From NCBI GenBank assembly GCA_043228905.1, contig JBHGNT010000003.1, positions 7,812,001-7,876,000 of the forward strand: a DNA stretch of 64,000 nt, written 5' to 3'. Shown piece by piece: positions 35,156 to 46,332 of the stretch. The translations under genes and the position numbers were made by a program. The notes beneath the pieces are model-generated. The model saw nothing but the letters and a program-made list of their open reading frames with translations, had not been told where the DNA came from and searched no databases. The DNA is from Azolla caroliniana. Lineage: Eukaryota; Plantae; Polypodiophyta. How positions within the stretch are numbered: the first letter of the stretch is position 1; each line of letters begins with the position of its first letter.

Positions 35156-37556
35156 ACCGACCCAATGGCAACGTAATCTGACATTCTTGTAACGCTTGCC
35201 ATGTTGGTCTCCGCATCTTTGCGGCCTCGTTGCGTGGCTCTCCGTGGCTTTGTTGTGCGGCTCTCCACGTCTTCGCGGCCTCGTTGCACGGCTCTCTGCG
35301 GCTTATTCTCCCCCTCAAGCCTGTAACGAAGGTTTGGATCCTCGGGCTCTTGTTCGGCCACTACCTTCATCGCGAGGGCATAGTGATGGCCATATACTCG
35401 TTGTAGGCGTAACGAGTGACTTGGGTCTTCGCTCGTGATGAGCGGCGGAGTTTCTCGTTTGTCGATGTGAGCGCCTCGCCTTCTTTACTCCAGGTGTCCT
35501 CATGATGGGTACACCCAATTCACTGTCTAGTGAGAGAGCCGAATCATCCGAATCACGGTCGTCAGGATGGACCTCGACTTCGTATTCGAGCATCTTACCT
35601 TTGCCTTTGTCTGATGTCAGACTTGGTCGTGACGTGTTTTCATCGCGTGGAGGCTCTTGTGGGCCAATTAGCTCGGTAGAGCTTGGATTGTCCTTCGGTG
35701 GAGGACTTGGCCGAGTTTCGTCGGCCGAGTTTCCTCGATCGGGTCGGATGGAGTCGCATCGGGCTTATACCAAGATGCCAATTCGTCGAAAACGACGTCG
35801 CGACTTATCCGTACCGCTCGGGTCGAAGGGTTGAAGCACAAGTATCCTATGAGGATACATTCTTTCGACTTTGCGTTGGGCTTCTCTCGACTTTCGTTCG
35901 GGATGCGTACATTCGCAATGCTTCCGAACACCTTGAGGTGCGAGAGGATGGGCTTCCTTCCAACGAAGATCTCGTATGGAGTAAGCTCATGCACGCTATT
36001 TGTGGTGCATTGATTCATGAGATAGACGGCCATGGATGCCGCTTCCGCCCAATAGAAGTTCGACATGTGCTTCTCACGCATCATGGTGCATGCTACCTCG
36101 AGAATTTGCCGATTCTTTCTCTCGGCTACTCCGTTTTGTTGGGGAGTGTGTCGGCATGAGAATTCTCTACGAATGCCTTCACCTTGGAGGTAGGAGGTGA
36201 ACTCGTCGGAGAAGTACTCCTTTCCTCCGTCCGATCGTAGGCATCGAATGTGCCGACCAGTTTCTTTCTCCACCTGGCTTTTGAGCCTTTGAAAGTGGGA
36301 GAGCACTTCGCTCTTCTACTTCATCGGGTATATCCACACGTAGCGCGACTGGTCGTCGATGAAGATGACGTAGTAGCGGCATCTGCCGAGCGTCGGCATT
36401 TGAGCCGGTCCCCATACGTCCGAGTGGATTATGTCAAGGAGACCTTTGCTTGCGGAGCTCTCCTTCGGGAATGGGAGTCGATGTTGTTTGTCGAGTTGGC
36501 ATGCTTCGCACACTCGGTCGACTCGTTTCGATTCGAAGGCCGGAAGTCCGATTACGACTCCCTTTGATTGCATTCCGCGAAGCCGTTGGAGGTTTACGTG
36601 GCCGGTTCGCTTGTGCCACAACTCGATGTTTGTCTCGATCTTGAGACCTTTGGCGTACATGGCCGATTTTACCTCGTTCGAGTCGAGGATGAACAAGCGA
36701 CCGTCTCTCCATCCCTTGGTTATGAGTCGGTCGTCTTTCTCAATGAAGCAACCTTCATTGTTGAAGCGGACTTGCATGCCTTGCTCCACGATTTGGCCGA
36801 TCGAGACCAAATTCTTTGTTATTGTGGGCACGTGCAAGACATTCTTGATGCAGGTTTGCTCGCCTTCTTTCCCGAATGGGACATCGCCGATGTGCCGAAT
36901 GGGATGCAGAGTGTCATCTCTAGTCTCTATGTAGCCAGGTCGATCCGGCGTTCGCAAGTCGCGAAACCACTCTTGGTGCGACGTCATGTGGTGCGAGGCG
37001 CCGGAGTCTACGAACGACGCGTGTTCGGAGTTGGAGGTGCTTGTGGAGTTTGCGGGATCGGAGGCCATCATAGAGTTCGCTCTATGCCTCATCACGAAGA
37101 GTCTGTCGTAGTCCGCGTATTCCGCGTTCGGGGGGTAATTTGTGAGTTGCCAGCTTGTTGAAGCTGACTCGCTTTGTCTTTTTCGGCACTCCTCTTTGCA
37201 ATGGCCGATTTTGCCGCAATAGTTGCACATAGGTTGCGTCGTTCGCTGACTTTGTTCGGCGTGGAAGCTCCCCCTTCTTGTGAAGGTTCCTCGATGGCTT
37301 CCATTTCCTTGCCAAAATTGTGAATTCCCTTCGTGGGATAGGTCGAATTTACCTCTTCCGCTTCGACCTCGTCTTTGGGCACCATCTGTATTGGAGAAGA
37401 GCTTTTGTCCTTCCGATGTGTTGGTCTTTGATTGAACGTGGTTTTCTTCAACCAATAGCATCGATTGGAGGTTGAAGAACGAGGCAGGAGTATCTCTCGC
37501 CAAGATTGCCGTTCTGAACGGGTTGAATCATTGTGCGAGGCCGCCCAAGTATACTT

Positions 37557-40500
37557 TGATGGAAATTAATCGACACTTTCCAAACTTCACCTCTCGGCCA
37601 CAACCAAGGAAACACACGAATCGTTGTTGCAGAAAATGGGAAATGCAAAAAATAGAGTGGACACACGATTTAACGTGGAAAACCCTGTACGGGAAAAAAA
37701 CCACGGGAGTACAAGACTCCAAACCAAAACTATGCACAGAGAAATATACAATGGCGAGCTGCAAGGCGACGACCTTGAGCTCGCTGTCCTCGCCACAGGC
37801 GGCGGAATTACACAGAGGCGTCGACCTCTTCCTCTCTCACGCTCTATCTCTCTCACGGCTGCTCTCTCTTCACTCCTCTTGAGTGGAAAAACAGAAAAAT
37901 AAGAAGCAACATTAAAACTGTTTGCCCTAAGTCATATTTATACACATATGACTTTGGGGCTATTTACAACTATAGCCTCAAGGGCCCTTAGCAAACATAT
38001 TCACGGATATGTCCCCGCATCCGGATCTCTCTCCGGGTACATTCGTCATCCGGCTCCGAAGCCGGGGTCTTCATCATCCGGTTCCGAAACCGAAACCGGG
38101 CTCGTCGGCATTCATCTCCGACATCCGACCATCCCATCCGAAGGGACCGTAATCCCAACAAACTCCCCCTTCACTTCGGCATGGGATGTCTTTCCAATCC
38201 GATCCTCTTCCGGCATGCTTCCAGCTTGTCGGGTGTGAGCACCTTGGTCAGCATATCCGACCCGTTCTCGTCCGTGTGGACCTTCGTCAGCACGAACTCC
38301 TTGTCTTCTATCCTTTCCCGGATCCAGTGATATCTTCGCTGGATGTGCTTCGTCCGGGAGTGATAGGCCGCGTTCTTTGCAAGGTGGATTGCACTCTGAC
38401 TATCGCAGTAGAGTCGGTACTCCTCCTGCCGGATACCGAGCTCTCTAATGAAGTCCTTCATCCATATTATTTCCTTGCCGGCTTCAACAGCCGCCATGTA
38501 CTCCGCCTCCGTGGTTGACAACGCAACCGTCTTCTGCAGCCTCGACTGCCATGAAACAGCTCCCCCTGCATACGTCATCACATACCCTGATGTGGACCGG
38601 CTGGTATCTGCATCAGCCGACATATCCGAATCGGTGAAGCCGTCGAGTTCGGGCTTACCGGAGCCGAATCGGAGGCACACGTTTGCCGTGCCCTTCAGGT
38701 ATCGGAGTATCCACTTGGCCGCGTTCCAATGCTCTTTGCCGGGATTGCTCATGTACCGGCTCACCACTCCGACTGCGTATCCAATGTCCGGTCTTGTACA
38801 CACCATTGCGTACATCAAGCTTCCGACGGCAGAGGCATATGGCACTTTCATCATGTCCTCCTTCTCAGCCTTTGTCTTGGGGCTTTGCTTGCTGGACAAC
38901 TTGCAGTTTGCCGGGAGGGTCGATCCGACCGGTCTTGCTTCCGACATGTTGAACCGTTTAAGCACCTTTGTCACGTACTTCTCCTGTGACAGCCACAACT
39001 GCTTCTTGCTCCGGTCCCGGATGATGTGCATCCCTAGTATTTGTCTCGCCGGACCCAAGTCCTTCATTGAGAAGGTTCGGTGAAGAGCCTTCTTCAGCAT
39101 CCGTATCTTGACCTGGTCCCGTCCGACGATCAACATGTCGTCCACATACAGGAGGAGTATTAGAAAGTCTCCTCCTTCGAACTTCTTCACAAACACGCAG
39201 TGGTCGGACTGCGTTTTGAGGTACCCTTCGTCGGTCATGAAAGAGTCGAACTTCCGGTACCATTGCCGGGGAGCCTGCTTCAGTCCGTAAAGGCTCTTCT
39301 TCAACCGGCATACCAGGTGCTCCTTCCCTTTCTTCTCGAATCCTTCCGGTTGCTGCATGTAGATCTCTTCTTCGAGGTCACCGTGAAGGAATGCCGTCTT
39401 CACGTCCATCTGTTCTACCTCGAGGTCCATGCTTGCCGCTATGCTCAGCACCGTTCGGATGGAGGTCATCTTCACTACCGGGGCAAATATCTCGTCGAAG
39501 TCGACGCCCTTCTTCTGCTGAAACCCCTTCACCACGATCCTGGCTTTGTATCTCGGGGGGTTTCCGGCATCTCCCGGTTTCAGCTTGAACACCCACTTGT
39601 TTCGAAGTGCCCGCTTTCCTTTCGGCAACTCCACAAGTTCATATGTATGGTTCTCATGCAGGGAATCCATCTCGTCCTGCATGGCACTCAACCACCTGCG
39701 GCTCTGGGTGTCATGCTTTGCTTCTTCAAAGCTCTCCGGCTCCCCCTCGTCGGTTAGCAGCACGTGCTCTGGTTCCGGAAATCTCCGGGGGGCCCTTCTC
39801 TCTCTTAGAGGATATCTCCGTTCCGGAGCTTCGGTGACCGGCTCCTCCGTTTCCTCTTCATCCGAATCCATTTCGGGATCGGGGCCGGTTCCGGTATCAG
39901 TTTCATCTTCCTCGGTCGGTTCTGTTTCTTCACCGTCTTCAGCCGGATCCTCGAGTGCTAACCGGTCCCTTGCCGGTCGGGACTGCTCCTCGTAGAGTTG
40001 ATCCTCACCGGTCGACTTGGAGCTCTTCATCTTCTTCTCCGACTCCCAGTCGGCGAGTGTCTTGTTCTCCATGAAGATGATATCATGACTCCAGAATATC
40101 TTCTTGTCGACCGGGTCCCATACTCGGTAGCCGAACTCGTCATCGCCGTAACCGAGGAATATGCATGGCCGGGTCTTTGGATCTAGCTTTCCTCTCCGGT
40201 CCTTAGCCACATGCACATATGCGAGACACCCGAACACCTTCAGATGCCGGTAGGATACTTCCCTACCGGTCCACACTCTCTGCGGCGTGTCTCCGTCCAA
40301 AGGTACTGAGGGTGATCTGTTTATCACGTATGTCGCCGTCGACATCGCCTCAGCCCAAAACCCCTTGGGTAATTCCGCATGCGCCAGCATACTCCGGACC
40401 CTCTCCATTATGGTCCGGTTCATCCTCTCGGCCAGCCCGTTTAGTTCCGGCGTCTTCGGCACAGTAAACTCGAGCCGGATTCCCTTCGAGCGACAGTACT

Positions 40501-42878
40501 CTGCGAACTGCCCCCGGTATTCCCCTCCGTTATCCGCTCGTATCGCTTTCAACTTCTTGCCGGATTCCCTTTCCACTCTCGCGTGGAGTTCTTTGAAGAC
40601 GGACAACACTTGGTCCTTTGTCTTCAACGGTGCCGTCCACAGCTTCCGGCTGTGATCATCAATGAATGTCACGAAGTACTGGGCTCCGCCATGTGACTTC
40701 GTTTCTACCTGACACACATCAGTGTGCACCAACTCCAATGGTGCGCTACGTCTCGTCGGTGGCCTTGAGTGGAAGGAGGTTCGGTTCTGCTTACCGGCCA
40801 GGCAATCGGTGCACTTCTCCAGGTGCACATGCTTCACTGGAATAAGGTTGTCTTCTGCAAGCCTCTTCATCCCCTTCTCACTCATGTGACACAGTCTCTT
40901 GTGCCACAGCTCACCGGCAGTGTCGGCTGCCACGTTTAACTCTTCCGGACACAACCAGGCATTCATAAGGTACAGTGTGTTGACTTTCCGGGCCCGAGCC
41001 ACTATCAGGCTCCCCTTGCTGAACTTCATTACGCCGTTCCGGATGCTACCTGTGTAGCCTTCATCGTCTAGCCTCCCGGCCGAAATCAGGTTCAATCGAA
41101 CCTCCGGAACGTGTCGGACATCCTTCAGCATCATTTTGCATCCGGTCGGGGTTGTCAACCACACGTCTCCTATGCCGGCAATCCGGCACGTACCTTCATT
41201 TCCCATCCGAACACAGCCGTGCTCACCGGCTGTGTAGGATGAGAAGTATTTCTTCTCCGGGGTCAGGTGGAACGACGCTCCGGAATCGACCACCCAGGTC
41301 ATCTCTTCACCGGCAAGGTTCAGCTCCCTCTCTTCGGTAATGAGCATTATCTCTTCTTCACTTGCCGCGAGTGCCGTCGTTCCTTTCCGGTCCTGCCCTC
41401 GCCGATCCGGACCTCTCCGGTCCGTGGCTCCCCGGTATGCACCGTTTCTCTCCGGTGACTTCTTCGAATCGGTGTCGTCGGCTCCGTTGTCCTTTCGGTA
41501 ATGCCGACAATTCTTCCGGAAGTGCCCCGGCTTCCCACAGTGGAAGCAGGTGGGTCTTCCTCTTGACTGCGACCGGGTCCCCGACTTCTCCCGTCTTTGC
41601 GGACTCCGGTTCCAGTGTCTTCCCCGTTCCGATTCGGTAAGCAGCGCCTTCGAGTCGGAGGCCGGTTCTTTATCTCTCCGACGCGCTTCTTCGTTCAAAA
41701 TACTTGTCTTTACCGTTTGTAGAGACAAGTTATCTTCGGTGCAGGAGGTGCTGAGAGTCACCACCAAGTTCTCCCAGCTTTCCGGCAATGTACACATCAG
41801 AATGATGGCTTGCATTGCATCCTCCAGCGGGAACTTGATCGCCGCAAGCTGGTTCACGAATCCCATGAACGTGCTTACGTGTTCCACCATACTCTCGTCG
41901 TCCCGGTACTTGAGGTTCACTATCTTCCTCATCAGGGAGGTCCGATTCAACGCATTCTTCCTCTTGTAGAGGCCCGACAGCTTCCGCCACATCTCATATG
42001 CGTTGGTGTCGTTCGCCACATGTTGTAGAACGCTCACGTCTACGTATTGCCGAATGGTTGCAACGGCTTTCCGGTTCAGAAGCCTCCATTCCGACTCAAG
42101 TACTCCCTTCGGTATTTCCGACCTGTCAATCGGTTCGTACAGGTCCCGAACAATCAGAAGATCCTCCATCTTGATCTTCCAGTCGGCGTAATTCTGCGCA
42201 TTCAGCACCATCATCCCCGGCTGCCCGCTGCCGCCGCCTTCCATTTTCTGCAGCAGTTCGCTCTGATACCAAATTGATGGAAATTAATCGACACTTTCCA
42301 AACTTCACCTCTCGGCCACAACCAAGGAAACACACGAATCGTTGTTGCAGAAAATGGGAAATGCGAAAAATAGAGTGGACACACGATTTAACGTGGAAAA
42401 CCCTGTACGGGAAAAAAACCACGGGAGTACAAGACTCCAAACCAAAACTATGCACAGAGAAATATACAATGGCGAGCTGCAAGGCGACGACCTTGAGCTC
42501 GTTGTCCTCGCCACAGGCGGCGGAATTACACAGAGGCGTCGACCTCTTCCTCTCTCACGCTCTATCTCTCTCACGGCTGCTCTCTCTTCACTCCTCTTGA
42601 GTGGAAAAACAGAAAAATAAGAAGCAACATTAAAACTGTTTGCCCTAAGTCATATTTATACACATATGACTTTGGGGCTATTTACAACTATAGCCTCAAG
42701 GGCCCTTAGCAAACATATTCACGGATATGTCCCCGCATCCGGATCTCTCTCCGGGTACATTCGTCATCCGGCTCCGAAGCCGGGGTCTTCATCATCCGGT
42801 TCCGAAACCGAAACCGGGCTCGTCGGCATTCATCTCCGACATCCGACCATCCCATCCGAAGGGACCGTAATCCCAACA
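37557..42878 (-). mobile_element. Ty1/Copia 'Copia-2', intact sibling of Copia-1, inserted in the gag of B
   Basis: 604-bp LTRs 37557-38160 and 42275-42878, TSD TACTT, iMet PBS at 42271-42260 and PPT at 38163-38172. Confidence 0.97.
38171..42244 (-). CDS. Intact Copia gag-pol polyprotein (1357 aa)
   Basis: Single open frame with gag, CCHC knuckle, protease, GAG-pre-integrase, integrase core, RT (YVDD) and RNase H. Confidence 0.96.
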   Translation of the reverse strand: MEGGGSGQPGMMVLNAQNYADWKIKMEDLLIVRDLYEPIDRSEIPKGVLESEWRLLNRKAVATIRQYVDVSVLQHVANDTNAYEMWRKLSGLYKRKNALNRTSLMRKIVNLKYRDDESMVEHVSTFMGFVNQLAAIKFPLEDAMQAIILMCTLPESWENLVVTLSTSCTEDNLSLQTVKTSILNEEARRRDKEPASDSKALLTESERGRHWNRSPQRREKSGTRSQSRGRPTCFHCGKPGHFRKNCRHYRKDNGADDTDSKKSPERNGAYRGATDRRGPDRRGQDRKGTTALAASEEEIMLITEERELNLAGEEMTWVVDSGASFHLTPEKKYFSSYTAGEHGCVRMGNEGTCRIAGIGDVWLTTPTGCKMMLKDVRHVPEVRLNLISAGRLDDEGYTGSIRNGVMKFSKGSLIVARARKVNTLYLMNAWLCPEELNVAADTAGELWHKRLCHMSEKGMKRLAEDNLIPVKHVHLEKCTDCLAGKQNRTSFHSRPPTRRSAPLELVHTDVCQVETKSHGGAQYFVTFIDDHSRKLWTAPLKTKDQVLSVFKELHARVERESGKKLKAIRADNGGEYRGQFAEYCRSKGIRLEFTVPKTPELNGLAERMNRTIMERVRSMLAHAELPKGFWAEAMSTATYVINRSPSVPLDGDTPQRVWTGREVSYRHLKVFGCLAYVHVAKDRRGKLDPKTRPCIFLGYGDDEFGYRVWDPVDKKIFWSHDIIFMENKTLADWESEKKMKSSKSTGEDQLYEEQSRPARDRLALEDPAEDGEETEPTEEDETDTGTGPDPEMDSDEEETEEPVTEAPERRYPLRERRAPRRFPEPEHVLLTDEGEPESFEEAKHDTQSRRWLSAMQDEMDSLHENHTYELVELPKGKRALRNKWVFKLKPGDAGNPPRYKARIVVKGFQQKKGVDFDEIFAPVVKMTSIRTVLSIAASMDLEVEQMDVKTAFLHGDLEEEIYMQQPEGFEKKGKEHLVCRLKKSLYGLKQAPRQWYRKFDSFMTDEGYLKTQSDHCVFVKKFEGGDFLILLLYVDDMLIVGRDQVKIRMLKKALHRTFSMKDLGPARQILGMHIIRDRSKKQLWLSQEKYVTKVLKRFNMSEARPVGSTLPANCKLSSKQSPKTKAEKEDMMKVPYASAVGSLMYAMVCTRPDIGYAVGVVSRYMSNPGKEHWNAAKWILRYLKGTANVCLRFGSGKPELDGFTDSDMSADADTSRSTSGYVMTYAGGAVSWQSRLQKTVALSTTEAEYMAAVEAGKEIIWMKDFIRELGIRQEEYRLYCDSQSAIHLAKNAAYHSRTKHIQRRYHWIRERIEDKEFVLTKVHTDENGSDMLTKVLTPDKLEACRKRIGLERHPMPK

Positions 42879-43562
42879 TACTTGCACCATCTCGTCTTCG
42901 TGAATGTTGACGTTGATGGAGCCAAGCGAGTCGCAAATGCTCTTGATCTTGGCGGTGTAGTCCGTCACGGACATTTCTTTTTGTCGTATGTTGTTCAACT
43001 CTTGCCAGAGTTGAAGCTTGCGCGCGGATGTGTCTGCGGAGAAAATCTTCTTGAGATTTTCCCACACCTCTTTGGGCGTCTTGGCGTCACGAATGTGGCT
43101 AAGCATGTGGTCATTTACACATGTTGCCAAGCAATACATTACCCGACTCGCGCCTTGCTCCCACGTTGGGTAGTTAGCGTGTGTGGTTTTGGGTTTGTTT
43201 TCTTGTGCGTCGTTGATGTAGCTCCAATAGTTGCTTCGGTCTAGCTTTTCGCTAGGGAGTGAGCTTCCCATTTGTGTGTTCATGTTGATTGTTGTGTCTT
43301 CCATTTTGTTTTTCTTCTCTTGGTCGCGTACACGTCCTTCGTAGCGGCACTACGATAGCGGATAGCAAATAGCCGGGATTTGTCATTGGTGTCTCGAACA
43401 CACAATCACGAATAAGCGGTGGGCTTAGTGGATTTCCTAAACCACGCGCTCTGATACCATGTTAAGTAATTAGGTAATTAATTAGGGTTAATTAGAGACT
43501 AATTATATGGTTACATTAAGCAGCAGAAGATTAGTATGATATGCACGTGAGAGTGTGTGAGA

Positions 43563-43612
<50 letters not shown>

Positions 43613-46234
43613 GTTACACTTATGAACACGAAGATAAATGGGGGATGATTGACTATATTGAAAAGTGTCATCAACATACAAAAATACCCACAATGAGGTA
43701 TATATACAACCCATGTGCAAAGGTGCACATGTGTGGCTAGAACATAGGTACTTATGTGTAAGTCCTACATTAAATGTACTAAGGAGTGGAGGATCTAGAA
43801 TATCCCACTTAAGTACAAGGTCCTATTTAAAGGCTTAAGGTCAACACATTAACTAGATTCGATCTACGTAACTACTAAGTTACATGTGTTGACTAACTAG
43901 ATTAAACTAGTTGAGCTTGATATCTCAACAGTAGGCTTTCGGCAGAAATTATGTAGCCCAAAAACTTTAGTTGGGTGCTATCCCATCTGCATTTTTTCCA
44001 TTGTAAGTTCATATTGTGTTGTTGTATTCGTTGTAGAACTGCTTGTAATACCTAAATATGTTGTGGCCATGTGGAAGTATGAATTAGAATGTCATCCAGG
44101 TATACGAGCACTGTACCGTCAGCGATAAGGTCTGCGAATATTGAATTTGCCATCCGTTGAAATGTGTTGCTTGCATCAGACAAGCCAAATGGCATCCTAT
44201 TGAATTGGAATAGGCCTCTTCGTGTTCTGAAAATTGTCTTATGTGCATCTCTTGGGTCCATTGGAATCCGTCAATATCTGACCGCAAGATCGATAGAGGT
44301 GAAGTACCTCGACCATCCCAACTGGTACAAGAGATCATCTATTCATGGAAGAGGGTAAAGGTCATGGATGGTGACTTGATTGAGCTTGCGAAAGTCAACA
44401 TAAAATCGGTATGTGCCATCATCTTTTCTGACCATGTGTGGCTCTGATACCCAATCAATATGTGAGGGTGAGATGATCCCCGTTTGAAGCATCTCATTCA
44501 CTGCTTCGTCAATGCGTGCATGATCTAAAGGAGAACAACGTCTTGTTGTTGTCCGGACAGGTGTTGCGTTGCCTGTGTTGATGACATGTTGGACCGGGAG
44601 TGAGACTATAGTGGGCTTGTCAGATGAGTGGACTAGCTCGGGGTATTGAGCTAAAACCTTGTAGACATCGTTTAGGCGAACCTCCTTGCTTAATGTTACC
44701 TGTGCATTGCTGATTTGTTGGTTGTAGTTGCTTGTGAACAGGGGAACTGACCTTGCTTCTGGTAATGTGAGGTGACACGTATGGAAATCTACTTGGACTT
44801 TGCTCTTGATGAACCAATCACATCCGAGTGTGAGTGGGAACAATTGACGTGGAAGTACGTAAAAGGTGTGCGTGATTGTGGTGGGGCTCAACTTGAGTGT
44901 GCAGACAGTTGTAGTGTTGGACTTATATAGGCATTGGTGATCATTGAACAACACCTTGATCGGGGGGCTTTAGAGGTTGAAAGATTGAGGCGATCGACCA
45001 AATCTTGGTTGATGGAAGATATGCTACTACCAGAATCGAAGAGGACTTCATCTGGGCTATTGAGGATTGTGGCCATGGCCGTGCACACGAGAGAACTTGA
45101 GGATGTGGATGCTTGTATGTGCGGGGGTTGTGCTCCCTTCAACACCCTGCGACTCAATTTTCCGACAGGTCGGCCCGGTAATTGTTGTCAGCCAACTGTA
45201 CTTGCACATTTTGCTTTTGTGTTTGGTTGTTCCATTTCCAACCATGTTTCTTCACGTGCCCATAGTGTTTGCAAAAAAAACACTTAGGTCTTCCTTGTGC
45301 ATCACATGTTGGCAGGTTCCTTCTTGCTTGTAGTTGAGCGTTCTGGATATCAATTTCCATTGGCGTGGCGTTTGCTATTGTATTGCTTCTCAGAATTGAC
45401 ATTGGATGACCAACTCATTTGGAGTTCTGTTTGTGTTGTTGCTTCAATGCGTTGCGCAATGAGGATGGCTTCCTGAAATGTTTTGGGGCCTTGGCCGCGC
45501 ACTCAACGATATGTATCTGGGCGTAGTCGTGGCCATAAGAAGAATAGCTTCATCGATAATGGCATTGTTGGATTTGTGCAAGTAAGTAATTGTTGTAATT
45601 GGATTGCAAATTGTGCTACTGGCTCATGTTGTTTTTTGTTTGATTGTCTCTAGTTGCTGGAGAGCTGTCTGAGATGAGTCCTGGTGAGCAAAATTCCCGA
45701 TCATGAGGGATTTAAGTATCGACCAATTGTTCTTGAATTCCTTTGTTTGTTGTATGAACCATGTTGTCGCGATGCCCTCCAATAAAATTCGCATCTCCAG
45801 TGCTTTCCGTGTTTTGGGCCACTGATGATAGCTTGCCACCATTTCAAAATGATCGAGCCAAGAAAGGATGTCCTCAAACGGTAGACCAGAGAAGGATTTA
45901 GGTCGTACTCGTGGATCTGGGCGATTAGCATGCCTATTCGTCTACGAAGAGAAAAAAAATAACATGGCTTGATTAGTCAAATTTGATTGTATTGCGATGT
46001 TAGATACCGCTTGTATTAGTTGATCCATCTGGAAAGTTTGACGGTTTTCTTGGTGTTGTTGCAGACATTCTGGATTAATGTCGGTGCATTCTGTTGCATC
46101 GTTGTTATGTTATGGAGATGCCATACGATGTATGTTGGTTTCGACTTGTTGTTCTTGTGTCTTGTTTTGTTGGGGTAGCGTTGCGGCTTCTTCTTCTTGA
46201 TGTGGTGGTGTCTGATCTGTTGGAGTAGTGTCCT

Positions 46235-46332
46235 GTTTTGTTTCAGCTCTTTTTTGATTTTTTGTTTCAACTCTTTCTTGATTTTTTGTTTAAGCTCTTT
46301 CTTGATTTTTTGTTTCAGCTCTTTCTTGATTT
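46235..46332. repeat. 24-bp tandem repeat, 4 copies, in the element A leader
   Basis: Units of ttcagctctttcttgattttttgt, giving the KKELKQKI repeat in ORF 46016-46384. Confidence 0.85.

Larger units (their letters stand above)
28808..43930 (-). mobile_element. Ty1/Copia element B, internally deleted (gag-PR-INT present, RT/RNase H absent), host of C and Copia-2
   Basis: LTRs 28808-29254 and 43460-43930, TSD GTAGG, iMet PBS at 43459-43448 and PPT TGAGGGGGCG at 29264-29255. Gag 43304-42884 continues at 37551, protease FVDSGAS, integrase RSDGGKEY..QNGVAERKNR to about 35830. The sequence then jumps from AEQEPE (~35341) to the end of pol. Confidence 0.93.

Noticed and set aside
5555-42600. Numerous antisense and alternative-frame ORFs over the GC-rich Copia and Gypsy elements
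   Set aside because: Shadow ORFs of the gag-pol frames with no independent motifs.
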